Shown here in pieces: positions 18,438 to 31,710 of a DNA stretch of 64,000 nucleotides (the first letter of the stretch is position 1; every line of letters starts with the position of its first letter). The notes below the pieces were generated by a model, which saw only the letters and a program-made list of their open reading frames with translations, did no database searches and was not told the DNA's origin. The translations under genes were made by a program, and so were the position numbers. Source of the stretch: Candidatus Latescibacterota bacterium (GTDB taxonomy: Bacteria; Latescibacterota; UBA2968; GCA-2709665); assembly GCA_965237675.1 (NCBI GenBank), contig OZ250150.1, forward strand, positions 3,232,001 through 3,296,000, read 5' to 3'.

Positions 18438-20066
18438 CTACCTTGATTTCCACGGTTCTCCGGATGCCGTAACTTCCTTATGGATCGTGGCGTCGGGTCC
18501 GAAGCGGATGTGGCGGAAAGCGAAGGCGATGTGGCGGTTTCCAAATATGGCGTGGGTAAGCCCCCACTCGCCCAGCGTAAGGACGATGGTTGCGGTCAGC
18601 CCGATGACGAGTGTGTGCCCGATCCACGTGGCGTAGGTACCTGCGGACTGGACGAGGGGAAGATGCGTCGGGTCGGTATGTGCAATCGAAGCCGCCAGGA
18701 TGGTACAGATGACGGCGTTAAATGTAATAAGCCCCTCCGTGACGAGGCGTTGTGGACTGAATTCGACGATCTTCAGTGCAAAGTTAAAATTGACGACCCA
18801 CCAGAGAAAGACCAGGTAAAATAGCTGGCCCTTACCCAGCCATGTATACGGAATGAATGAGAGGGGTTGCGAGCGGTGTGCCTGCACCAACCAGAAAATC
18901 GCGACGCCGAAGGCAATGTAAATCAGTTCCAGCCAGCCGATCCACCCTCTGGACCGCACGAACCAGCCCGCTACCGGCAGACCGTAGAGTCGTTCCGGCA
19001 GCGATTCCACTCTCTCGACCCAATTCTCGGAGGCTTTTCTGTGGTTCAGATAGGTGAGTCCCACCAGAACAACCCCTGTCGCGAACATCGCTGACCACGG
19101 GGGCAAAGGGGTCGTATCTGAGCCGGCCGGCGCAAGGGTCGATAGCAGCCCCATGGAAATGGCGATAGCGATACCGTGAAACAGGCCCTGGGTCTGTTCC
19201 ATGATACTGTGCCAATTGGTCTGCAATCCGGTGCGGATGTTCAGCAATTTCAGCAACTGACCCAGGCCGAAGCCGATTCCTCCGATGAACCCCGTGATTA
19301 GCCCGGCCAGGGCAAGACCGTACAGGTCGTACCGCCAACAGTAGATCAACAGACCGGCGGTGAGGCCGACGCAACCCGCCCAGTTGTCGCCTCTGGGGGG
19401 TGTCATCCGGAGCTTGAGGACGGCGACAAGCACCAGAAACGACACGAACCACCCGATCGTAAGGTGAAGCACCAACGACGTGGCGATGTCAAAGCCTCCC
19501 CGGAAGGAGACGACGATTAACCCGGCGGCCATCGCCACCAGGTTCGCCAGCCAGTCGGTATCGTACCAGGAGAGAGCGGCTCTGCCGGATCTTCTGCCGT
19601 CCGAGAAGAGCAGGTCTACCAGAACCGACTGCAGCGCCCACCCCGAGAAGATCGTGGCCAACGGCGTGAAGAAAAGCGCAAGCCGATCTCCGGTGAGAAA
19701 TACCGGCAGTGCGGTTCCCGCGCCGCCCATAAAAGCCCAAAGGAAGCCAATCACGAAAAGGTTGCCGAATCCGTAGAGCACAGAGGGCGGGTGGCCAGAG
19801 TGCGTGTAGCCTACCACGCCCATGTATGACATGCTCCCGCCGAAAGACCATCCGAGCGCGCCGAACATGGCGAAATAGTGGACGTGCTGCATCCAGTCGG
19901 AACGGCCGGAGATCAGCACGGCCGCAATAGCCGCCAGTGCGCCAGGTATGGCCGCGCCGTACTCGTGGCCGAAATTGCCGCGGATGCCCCATCCCACCGA
20001 TAGAGACAGGCCGCAAAAGGCCACGAGTTGCCATGTAATGCCCGTTGTTGCCAGTTGCAGGTCCAT
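18438..20066 (-). CDS. Multi-pass membrane protein of unknown function
   Basis: 542 aa with many TM segments. GWGIRGNFGHEYGA, FGGSMSY, RGDNWAG, NWHSIMEQ motifs. Confidence 0.75.
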   Translation of the reverse strand: MDLQLATTGITWQLVAFCGLSLSVGWGIRGNFGHEYGAAIPGALAAIAAVLISGRSDWMQHVHYFAMFGALGWSFGGSMSYMGVVGYTHSGHPPSVLYGFGNLFVIGFLWAFMGGAGTALPVFLTGDRLALFFTPLATIFSGWALQSVLVDLLFSDGRRSGRAALSWYDTDWLANLVAMAAGLIVVSFRGGFDIATSLVLHLTIGWFVSFLVLVAVLKLRMTPPRGDNWAGCVGLTAGLLIYCWRYDLYGLALAGLITGFIGGIGFGLGQLLKLLNIRTGLQTNWHSIMEQTQGLFHGIAIAISMGLLSTLAPAGSDTTPLPPWSAMFATGVVLVGLTYLNHRKASENWVERVESLPERLYGLPVAGWFVRSRGWIGWLELIYIAFGVAIFWLVQAHRSQPLSFIPYTWLGKGQLFYLVFLWWVVNFNFALKIVEFSPQRLVTEGLITFNAVICTILAASIAHTDPTHLPLVQSAGTYATWIGHTLVIGLTATIVLTLGEWGLTHAIFGNRHIAFAFRHIRFGPDATIHKEVTASGEPWKSR

Positions 20067-20793
20067 ATTACGGCGGCCCTGGGCCGGTGTCGATAACGAG
20101 ATTGCCGTAGTCGTCTACGTTTACCGTACACCCTGGGGGAATGAACGTTGTGGAGTCGATTTCCTCGACAATGGCGGGGCCCGGGAAGCGGTTGTCCGCC
20201 TTCAGACGATACCGGTCATAAATCGCCGTGGCTGCCCTGGCCGCGGACCCGGGCATGTGGACGTCGCGTTCGGCCTTCAGGGCGGCGTGCGCGGATGGTT
20301 TGCCTTTGGGAGCCCGCCGGTGGCTGGGGCGGGGAACGGCTCCCACGGCGGAGAGGCGTACATTGACGATTTCCGTGGGCTCATCCCGGGTTGCAAAACC
20401 GTACTGGCGCCGGTGTGCGGCGAAAAAAGCGGCGTTTAATTTCTCGGGAAGATCCTTTGACAACCGCCCGACGGGTACTCGAAGTTCGTAGGATTGGCCC
20501 AAATACCGCATGTCCGCCTCCCGGACGAATCGGATATTGGAGCGGGAGACGCCCTCACTCAAAAGCAGGCGGGTCGCATTCTCTTCAAATTCGCGGTAGA
20601 TGCCCGAAAGGCCGGGCAGGTCCAGGTCGTCCGTCTTTGAAATGTAGGTACGTACGTAGTCGTGACGCAGGTCGGTAACGAGCAGACCGAGCGCCGTGGT
20701 AACGCCCGGGCTGGGCGGTACGAGTACGGTGCGGATATGCAGCGCCTTTGCGAGCGCGGCGGCGTGGAGGGGGCCGGCGCCGCCGAAAGCGAC
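19882..20793. repeat. Left ~0.9 kb direct repeat flanking the BREX island
   Basis: Near-identical to 40389-41293, with a few SNPs and one small indel. Confidence 0.95.
20068..20793 (-). pseudogene. Duplicated 3' fragment of the hydantoinase/oxoprolinase A gene
   Basis: Protein VAFGGAGPLH...IDTGPGPP matches the C-terminus of 40568-42673 except one residue (L vs T). Confidence 0.9.
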
Positions 20794-21148
20794 AGAGTCA
20801 TACGTCGCACGCTCTATCTTCCGCGAGTTCGTGATGCCTTCACAGTATGCATATAGCAGCAGACCCACCATCATTCTCGGATCGTAGGGCGGCTGTCCAC
20901 GCCTCGACCCATCAAAGAACCCATATATCGACGACAGATCCCGTTTGCCAATGATGTCCAAAATGAAATACGCCTTATGGTCTTTCGGAAGCCATTCCCG
21001 TAGGTCTGGAGGCAATAACATCAATTGGTCTGAATGATAATCTCGAAAACGCGTTGGAGTGTCCATCACTACCTCATAAATTGGGTTCTTGGCGACACTC
21101 CTAATATATGAAACTTTCACCCAATAGGGTACTCCGACAGACACCTAG
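20794..21148 (-). mobile_element. Truncated IS1182-family element (left end plus transposase N-terminus, ATG 21066)
   Basis: FRDY..DQLMLLPPDLREWLPKDH...GQPPYDPRMMVGLLLYAYCEGITNSRKIERAT (DUF772 region). End-like sequence CTAGGTGTCTGTCGGAGT at 21148-21131. Confidence 0.85.
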
Positions 21149-21152
21149 TGGG

Positions 21153-21320
21153 ATGTCCGCGCTAACAGCGATCCTCGACACGTATCGCGTCGAAACAAAA
21201 TCGAAGCGATACCAGGGAACGCAATTCGAGAATCTCATTGCGCTGTATCTGCGTCACGAGCCGGACTACACCGATCTCTATAGCGACGTTAGGGCCTATG
21301 CGGACTGGGCTCGAGGCGAA
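21153..21320 (+). pseudogene. N-terminal relic of a type ISP-like restriction-modification/helicase protein
   Basis: MSALTAILDTYR...QGTQFENLIALYLRHEPDYTDLYSDVRAYADWA resembles the Mrr-like N-terminus of such enzymes. Similarity stops after about 55 codons; end approximate. Confidence 0.6.
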
Positions 21321-21589
21321 GGGAGCGAGTTGTCGAGACAACCGCTCCCTCGCCCGCCTCCATCCAATGCCCATAGCACAGGGAGCAGCCAGCGGCTCAG
21401 TTTAATACTTTCCTTAGCCACTGGCGCGGCCAGCAAATTCCTCTCCCATCTCCGCACACTTCTGCCGCGCCGCTGACCAAAGAATGCTCTTCATTTTCGG
21501 TCATGATAAACCGAGGATTAACAGGCGCACTCGGCCAGCGCCGCCAGATAGACCGTCAGCAGCTCGGCGGTTACCGAAACGGCCGAGCC

Positions 21590-21906
21590 CGCCCAGAGGA
21601 CCATCCTGCGAAGAGCGATGATCTCCGTCTTGTGGCGCCTCTCGCCGTCCTTGTCCTAGGAGCGTGTCCGCAGCCTCCCTGTCAGGTGCACGCTCGCGCC
21701 CTTGACCAAGGTCCTCGGACGCGGATGCGGCTCCCCAGTTCACCACGGAATGCCACTCCGTGCGCTCGGTCCATCTGCCTGTAGCGTCCTTGACGCTGCA
21801 GTCGGTCGCGACAGATATCTCCCCCACGGACGTCCCAATCCGCGATTTCCTTGATGTTGGCGTCGGTACCCAGGTAGCCCAGCAGGTCGACGCAATTGAG
21901 ACTCTT
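21590..21906 (-). pseudogene. ssb: Frameshifted single-stranded DNA-binding protein
   Basis: SLNCVDLLGYLGTD, ISVATD...WTERTEWHSVVNWG and LVKGASVHLTGRLRTRS*DKDGERRHKTEII are spread over frameshifts and a stop. Limits approximate. Confidence 0.7.
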
Positions 21907-22651
21907 CGCCCTCCGCCGATCTTCCGCGCGGGCGCAAGCCCTCCATGGCAGCAGGCGCCGCTACTGCGTAGCAGCGGAGAGGTTCTAGGGAGCTTGCGGA
22001 GCGGCGTAACACGGGAGCGGAGGACGGGAATTTTCCGGATGCGGCCGGCGTGGATCCTCCAGCAGAGCGCCATTGCGCCCCATAGTTCGTCGGGTAACCC
22101 GTAGGGGCAAATCCGCACGGAAGAGGCCCGACGTTGAGTTCACGGACCCGAGCGGCAGTCGGTGCCGGAGGAACAGCTCCTCCAACACCTGTAGATGCGT
22201 TCGAACGACGAACCCATCGCGGTACGTGGCAGGCCCCTCGCTCTTAAGGCGTCCGGCATCCGCTCCGCGTAGCAGTGCAGCAATCCTCGCTGACCTCGGT
22301 GCCTCGCCGGGTCCCCAGTTATTCGGTCGACGACCTCGCCATCGCTTCCCATAGCGCCCCGGGGCGCGGGCACAGCATGTACCAGCGGATGATGGTGGCT
22401 TCATTAAATGGTACAACCGCCTTTGCTGTATGGACTTACATCATGAATTCGCCTCAAGACGGCGTCCGGATCATAAGCGACAATCAGGCCGTTTGTTGGA
22501 GATGTCGGCACTATTCGGCACAGAACGCTTGATTTTGGCAATTCGTCAATGTAATTTATAAAGGATAATTCGCGGCATTGTGTCCGGATTTCGGTTTTCC
22601 CGGAGACCTTCGGGCTTTTACAGAAAACATGATGAACGAAGGACGAAGGCT

Positions 22652-22888
22652 ATGGATGAGAGATGTCTGACAGTCGATGACATTTGCAAATATCTGAATG
22701 TAAGCAACGAGACGGTCTACAAGTGGATCGAACAACGGGCCATGCCCGGTCATCGCGTCGGCCGTCGCTGGATGTTCAAGCAAGATGACGTGGATGCATG
22801 GGTTTGCTCCGTGCGGCTGACAAATCCGATAAGCCGGACACCGAGCAGTAAGGAGCGACCATGGCCGAACCGATACACGACAAGATAA
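22652..22888 (+). CDS. Excisionase-like helix-turn-helix (HTH_17) protein
   Basis: LTVDDICKYLNVSNETVYKWIEQRAMPGHRVGRRWMFKQDDVDAWV, directly upstream of brxF. Confidence 0.85.
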   Translation: MDERCLTVDDICKYLNVSNETVYKWIEQRAMPGHRVGRRWMFKQDDVDAWVCSVRLTNPISRTPSSKERPWPNRYTTR

Positions 22889-23349
22889 AACGATCCCTGC
22901 AGTCAGCCGAAGGCCTGTATCACCGCTTAGTGTTGCTGGTGGGTGAGACCGGTACCGGTAAGACCGGCGTTCTTCGGGGTGTTGCCGAGGAGTTTGGGAC
23001 ATCCGTCATCAACGTCAATCTGGCGCTCTCAAGCGAACTGCTTGAGCTGACCGCGAACCAGCGGTCACTTCGGTTGCCGGGCATCCTCGATCAGATCGCG
23101 GACAAAGCACACCCACCGGTGGTGCTGGATAATCTTGAGATCCTTTTCGACAAGGACCTCAAGCAGGACCCCGTGCGGCTGCTGCAGGGCATTTCGAGAA
23201 ATCGGGCCGTAGTGGCTTCGTGGAACGGGACCTCTACCGGCGGGAGGCTCTTGTACGCTGAACCCGGCCACCCCGAGTACCGCAGCTTCGACTCTGTCGA
23301 TGCGCTGATCGTGGGCATGGATGGCACGGCCACGCTCGATTCGGCATAA
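22861..23349 (+). CDS. brxF: BREX-3 P-loop protein BrxF
   Basis: LVLLVGETGTGKT Walker A, VVLDNLEILFD..LKQDP, YAEPGHPEYR. First gene of the brxF-brxC-pglXI-brxHII-pglZ-brxA order. Confidence 0.9.
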   Translation: MAEPIHDKIKRSLQSAEGLYHRLVLLVGETGTGKTGVLRGVAEEFGTSVINVNLALSSELLELTANQRSLRLPGILDQIADKAHPPVVLDNLEILFDKDLKQDPVRLLQGISRNRAVVASWNGTSTGGRLLYAEPGHPEYRSFDSVDALIVGMDGTATLDSA

Positions 23350-23359
23350 CACATTATAG

Positions 23360-27106
<3,747 letters not shown>

Positions 27107-27108
27107 AA

Positions 27109-27164
27109 GTGACTAAGCGAGTGACCAACTCCACAGAGCTTGGTCACTCGTGAAGTGACCAAGC
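27109..27164. repeat. Four GTGACYAA motifs (three direct, one inverted) forming a hairpin between brxC and pglXI
   Basis: Copies at 27109, 27121 and 27155, inverted copy at 27138-27147. CGAGTGACCAA/TTGGTCACTCG is a perfect 11-bp stem. Confidence 0.7.
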
Positions 27165-28139
27165 TGAGACACAAGACACCAGCAAGGATTATGAAGATGA
27201 AAGAAAACAGTTTGTTCGACTCGCTGCTTGAAGAGCCGCAGAAGCCCTCCGGTCCGGTGAAATGCCTTGGCATGAACTTTGAAAACCACGAGGCCCGCCG
27301 CGCTCACTTCACTGAGGAACTGCGCAAGAAGTTACAGGACCCCGAGTTCCGCAAGATCGAAGGCTTTCCCATCGGTAGAGACGAGGACATCCTGGAACTG
27401 AGCGATCCGCCGTACTACACCGCCTGTCCGAACCCGTGGATCGCCGACTTCATCGCCGAGTGGGAGGCACAGAAGCCGGAACAGCCCGATGGCTACCCCT
27501 ATCACCGTGAGCCTTTTGCGGCCGATGTGAGCGAGGGCAAAAACGATCCAATTTACAAGGCGCATTCCTATCATACCAAGGTGCCCTATAAGGCCATCAT
27601 GCGTTACATCCTCCACTACACGCAGCCGGGAGATATAGTGTTTGACGGATTCTGTGGTACCGGTATGACGGGCGTGGCGGCGCAGATGTCCGGCGACCGC
27701 GAAGTGGTCATGTCGCTTGGCTACCAAGTGAAGTCGGACGGGACCATTTTGCAGGAAGAGACGGATGAAGATGGCAATAAGTTTTGGCGACCGTTTTCAA
27801 GACTGGGCGAACGCCGAGCGATTCTCAATGATCTATCCCCAGCAGCAACTTTTATCACGTACAACTATAACAGTCCAATCAATCCATCGTCCTTCGAACG
27901 CCAAACCAATCGAATTCTCAACGATGTCGAGAAAGAACTTGGTTGGATGTATGAAACAAGACACACCGACGGTTCGCTATGCAACGTAGATTATTTTGTC
28001 TGGAGCGAAGTTTTTACTTGCCCGTCTTGTGCGGCACAATTGGTTTTTTCCGAAATGGCACTCGAGGGTGATACAGGGCGAGTGCGGAAGGAACTGAAGT
28101 GCAAATCATGCAACAGCGAAATGCAAAAGAATGATTTAG

Positions 28140-29827
28140 CCTGAATAATTCACAAAAAAGGTAGTTTCCATACCCAAGTCATTGTATTATATTATGGTTA
28201 CGCAAATAACCTAATAACAATGAAACAGGAGGAAACTACCGTGGGAGTTCAAGATAAACATCACAGGTTGTCTTTCGCAAGTCTTTCTGGTAGGCAGGTA
28301 GAAGCCACGTTCGACGGGGGCGTGCTGACGACCGACGTCGGGGTGATGCTGCTTCGTGAGGTCGAGGCCAATGTCGGCATTTTGCATCGGATGGTTGCGG
28401 CGCTCACCGATCATCGACATCAAAGTTACGTACATCATTCGATGATGGACCTGATCAAACAACGTGTCTTTCAGATGGCCTGTGGGTATGAGGATGCGAA
28501 TGATTGCAAGACGTTACGCGAGGACCCCGGCTTCAAGGCGGCCTGTGATCGGTTGCCGTTGTCTGGCGCGGACCTGGCCAGTCAGCCCACGATGAGTCGG
28601 TTCGAGAACCGCATCAGCAGAACCGATTTGTATCGGATCGCCAAGGCCTTTGCGGATGTGTTTGTCGCCTCGTATGAGGAACCGCCGGAAGCCATTCTGT
28701 TGGACATCGATGACACCGAAGACAAGGTGCATGGGTCTCAACAGTTGTCGTTGTTCAATGCGTATTTCAATGGCTATTGCTACCAGCCCCTGCATATCTA
28801 TGAAGGCCAAACCGGCAAGTTGATCACGACGGTCTTGCGTCCTGGCAGGCGGCCTGCGGGTAAAGAGATCGTCACCATCCTCAAACGGGTGATCGCCTAC
28901 CTGCGTAAAGCCTGGCCCGACGTGGAGATCCTGTTACGTGGCGATGCGCATTTTTCGTGTCCGGAAGTGCACGTGTTGTGTGAGGAAGAAGATGTGTATT
29001 TTGTCCTCGGACAGAACGGCAACGCCAAACTCCTGCGGAAGGCACAGTCCTTGATAGACCAGGCCAAAACGCGGTATGCCGATTCCGGAGAAACCGTGCG
29101 CCTTTATCGCTGTTGGGCCTATCAGGCCGGCACCTGGGCGTGTCCACAACGCATCGTCTGCAAGGCGGAAGTGACACCGCAAGGTGTCAATATCCGATTC
29201 GTGGTCACCAACCTGAAGCGCGCCCAACCGTCATTCATCTACAAAACCGCCTATTGCACACGCGGCAGGATGGAAAACTTCATCAAAAATCACAAGACCT
29301 TTCTCCATTCCGATCGCACCTCTTGTCACACCTTCCAGGCCAATCACTTCCGTCTCTTTCTCCACAGCGCCGCCTATGTCCTGATGCACAGCCTGGCTGC
29401 AATCGGATTGCGCGGCACGAAGTGGACCAACGCACAGTTCAATACCCTGCAAAATCGTCTCTTGAAAGTCGCCGGGCGCGTTTGTGAGTTGAAAACTAAA
29501 ATCAAGTTCCATCTGCCAACGGCGTTTCCACTCAAACACCTTTATGGCAAGATCCTCTATAATCTGGCAACGGGTGTTCCATAACCCATCGACGTGCTGA
29601 CCCCGCCTTCACATTTGCATCGACCACCACCAAAGGTCATGGAGAAGTCTGTGCGCTTGACACGGGCATCGAGGTCAACCTGACGTCACGAGGCAAAGCA
29701 GGCGCCGCCCAAACGGCTTGAACACGCCAAATCCGTCACAGCCCATGCGCTTTCGTTTCTTGTCTCACTCGGAAGCTCTTTCTGCTTCCTTAAAATGCTC
29801 TATCTGACGATTCATGAATTAATCGGG
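28140..29827 (+). mobile_element. Complete IS1380-family insertion sequence (1688 bp)
   Basis: Terminal IRs CCTGAATAATTCA / TGAATTAATCGGG (11/13). TTAG target duplication at 28136-28139 and 29828-29831. Confidence 0.93.
28220..29584 (+). CDS. IS1380-family DDE transposase
   Basis: FDGGVLTTDVG, GYEDAND, LASQPTMSRFEN, LDIDDT..HGSQQ, RGDAHF, YCTRGRMENFIK. Confidence 0.95.
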   Translation: MKQEETTVGVQDKHHRLSFASLSGRQVEATFDGGVLTTDVGVMLLREVEANVGILHRMVAALTDHRHQSYVHHSMMDLIKQRVFQMACGYEDANDCKTLREDPGFKAACDRLPLSGADLASQPTMSRFENRISRTDLYRIAKAFADVFVASYEEPPEAILLDIDDTEDKVHGSQQLSLFNAYFNGYCYQPLHIYEGQTGKLITTVLRPGRRPAGKEIVTILKRVIAYLRKAWPDVEILLRGDAHFSCPEVHVLCEEEDVYFVLGQNGNAKLLRKAQSLIDQAKTRYADSGETVRLYRCWAYQAGTWACPQRIVCKAEVTPQGVNIRFVVTNLKRAQPSFIYKTAYCTRGRMENFIKNHKTFLHSDRTSCHTFQANHFRLFLHSAAYVLMHSLAAIGLRGTKWTNAQFNTLQNRLLKVAGRVCELKTKIKFHLPTAFPLKHLYGKILYNLATGVP

Positions 29828-31710
29828 TTAGAGATATCCTATGAAGAGAACTGGGATCCAATTCAGCGGATATCACACCAATCACCAAAGCGTGTTCCAT
29901 ACCTTATTGTTTATAGAAAGGACAAAGCTAAGCTATCAAAAAAGCCAGATGACCATGATTTGGAAGTGATTCGAAAGATTAGTGCTCTCCCGTACCCTGA
30001 GTTCCCGGTAGTAGAAATTCCCGATATGCAGATGATGCGAGTTGGACGAATGAAGCCGTCCAAAATTACCCATTTGCATCACTTTTTTTTAAAGCGCCCC
30101 TTGTTCACTCTCGCATCCTTTTGGAAGAAGGCTTCACAAATCCCCGATCCAGATCTTAGGGCAAAAGCCCTATTTTTTGTTGAGCAATCCGTTTGGGGGT
30201 TATCTGTGTTGGCAAGATATGCGCCAACCCATTTTTCACAAGTTAACCAGTATCTCTCAGGCGTTTTCTATATGGCCTCCCATATTGTCGACGTTTCTCC
30301 AAGGTACATTCTTGGGGGTAAGGCCAAAAGACTGGCTACCGTCTTTGGCAACCTCAGAGCCAAAAGACAGCATGTCGTAACAGCGACCCAGGATACGTCG
30401 AATCTAGGCGTGCCTGCAAACTCTCTGGATTACGCATTCATTGATCCCCCATTCGGGGAAAATATCTATTACTCAGATCTGAATATGTTAGTCGAATCCT
30501 TACATGGGGTGGTTACAGATCCCAAATCGGAGGCGATTATAGACCGGGTCAGGGGGAAGGAATTTGCTCACTACCAGCTGTTGATGACTGACTGTTTCCG
30601 AATGGTGTACGACTCATTGAAGCCGGGAAGATGGCTTACGGTTGAGTTTTCAAACTCCAATGCAAAAATTTGGAATTTGATCCAGACTAGTCTGGGTTCA
30701 GCAGGATTTGTAGTTTCGAACGTTTCTGCTCTGGACAAAAAGCAGAGGAGCTTTCAATCTATCGTTTCCCCGACGGCCGTAAAACAAGATTTGGTGATAT
30801 CTTCCTATAAGCCAAACGGCGGTTTCGAAGAGAGATTTAGAAACGAAGCAAAAACTGAAGAAGGCGTTTGGGATTTTGTCCGCAACCACTTGAGATATCT
30901 TCCTATCACGAAGCAACAGGGGGCCTCGCTGCAGTTTGTCCCGGAGCGTGATCCACGCATTCTATTCGACCAGATGGTGGCCTATTACGTCCACAAGGGT
31001 TACCTCGTGCCGATCTCCAGCCAGGAGTTCCAGATGGGGCTGGGGCAGCGCTTTATTGAGCGTGATGGCATGTATTTCTTGCCAGAACAATCGGCAGAAT
31101 ACGACAAGAAAAGGATGTCGTTTGGACAGTTTGTTCAAGCCACGCTCTTTGTTTCAGATGAAGAATCTTCTATTCAGTGGCTAAGCCAGTTGTTGGGACC
31201 AAAGCCACAGAGCTATCAAGATCTTTACCCGCAATTCATTCAAGAAACCCAACGTGCTTGGAACAAGAACGAATCTTCGCTAGAACTTTCGACTTTGCTC
31301 GAGCAAAACTTCCTTCGGTACGACGGCAAGGGCCCGGTGCCTGAGCAGATCCACGCCTACCTCTCCACGAACTGGAGGGAGCTGCGCCGGCTGCCGAAGG
31401 ATGATCCAACTCTGGTCGCCAAGGCCCGCGACCGCTGGTACGTGCCGGATCCCAACAAGGCGGGTGACCTGGAGAAGCTGCGTGAGAAGGCATTGCTCAA
31501 AGAGTTCGAGGAATACAAAGAAACAAAAAAGAGGCTGAAAGTCTTTCGTCTTGAGGCGGTCCGGGCCGGATTCAAGAAAGCCTGGCAGGAGCACGATTAT
31601 ACGGTCATCGTGGCAGTCGCGGACAAGATTCCCAACAACGTTCTGGAGGAAGATCCGAAGCTGCTCATGTGGTACGATCAGGCAGTAACAAGAACGGTTA
31701 GGGAAAGCCC

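Noticed and set aside
20068-21144. 358-aa ORF as a genuine gene
   Set aside because: It is a junction chimera of an IS1182 transposase stub and a duplicated hyuA 3' end.
27109-27164. Mini CRISPR array
   Set aside because: The repeats are only 8-10 bp, irregularly spaced and partly inverted, with no cas genes. No CRISPR array was seen anywhere in the window.
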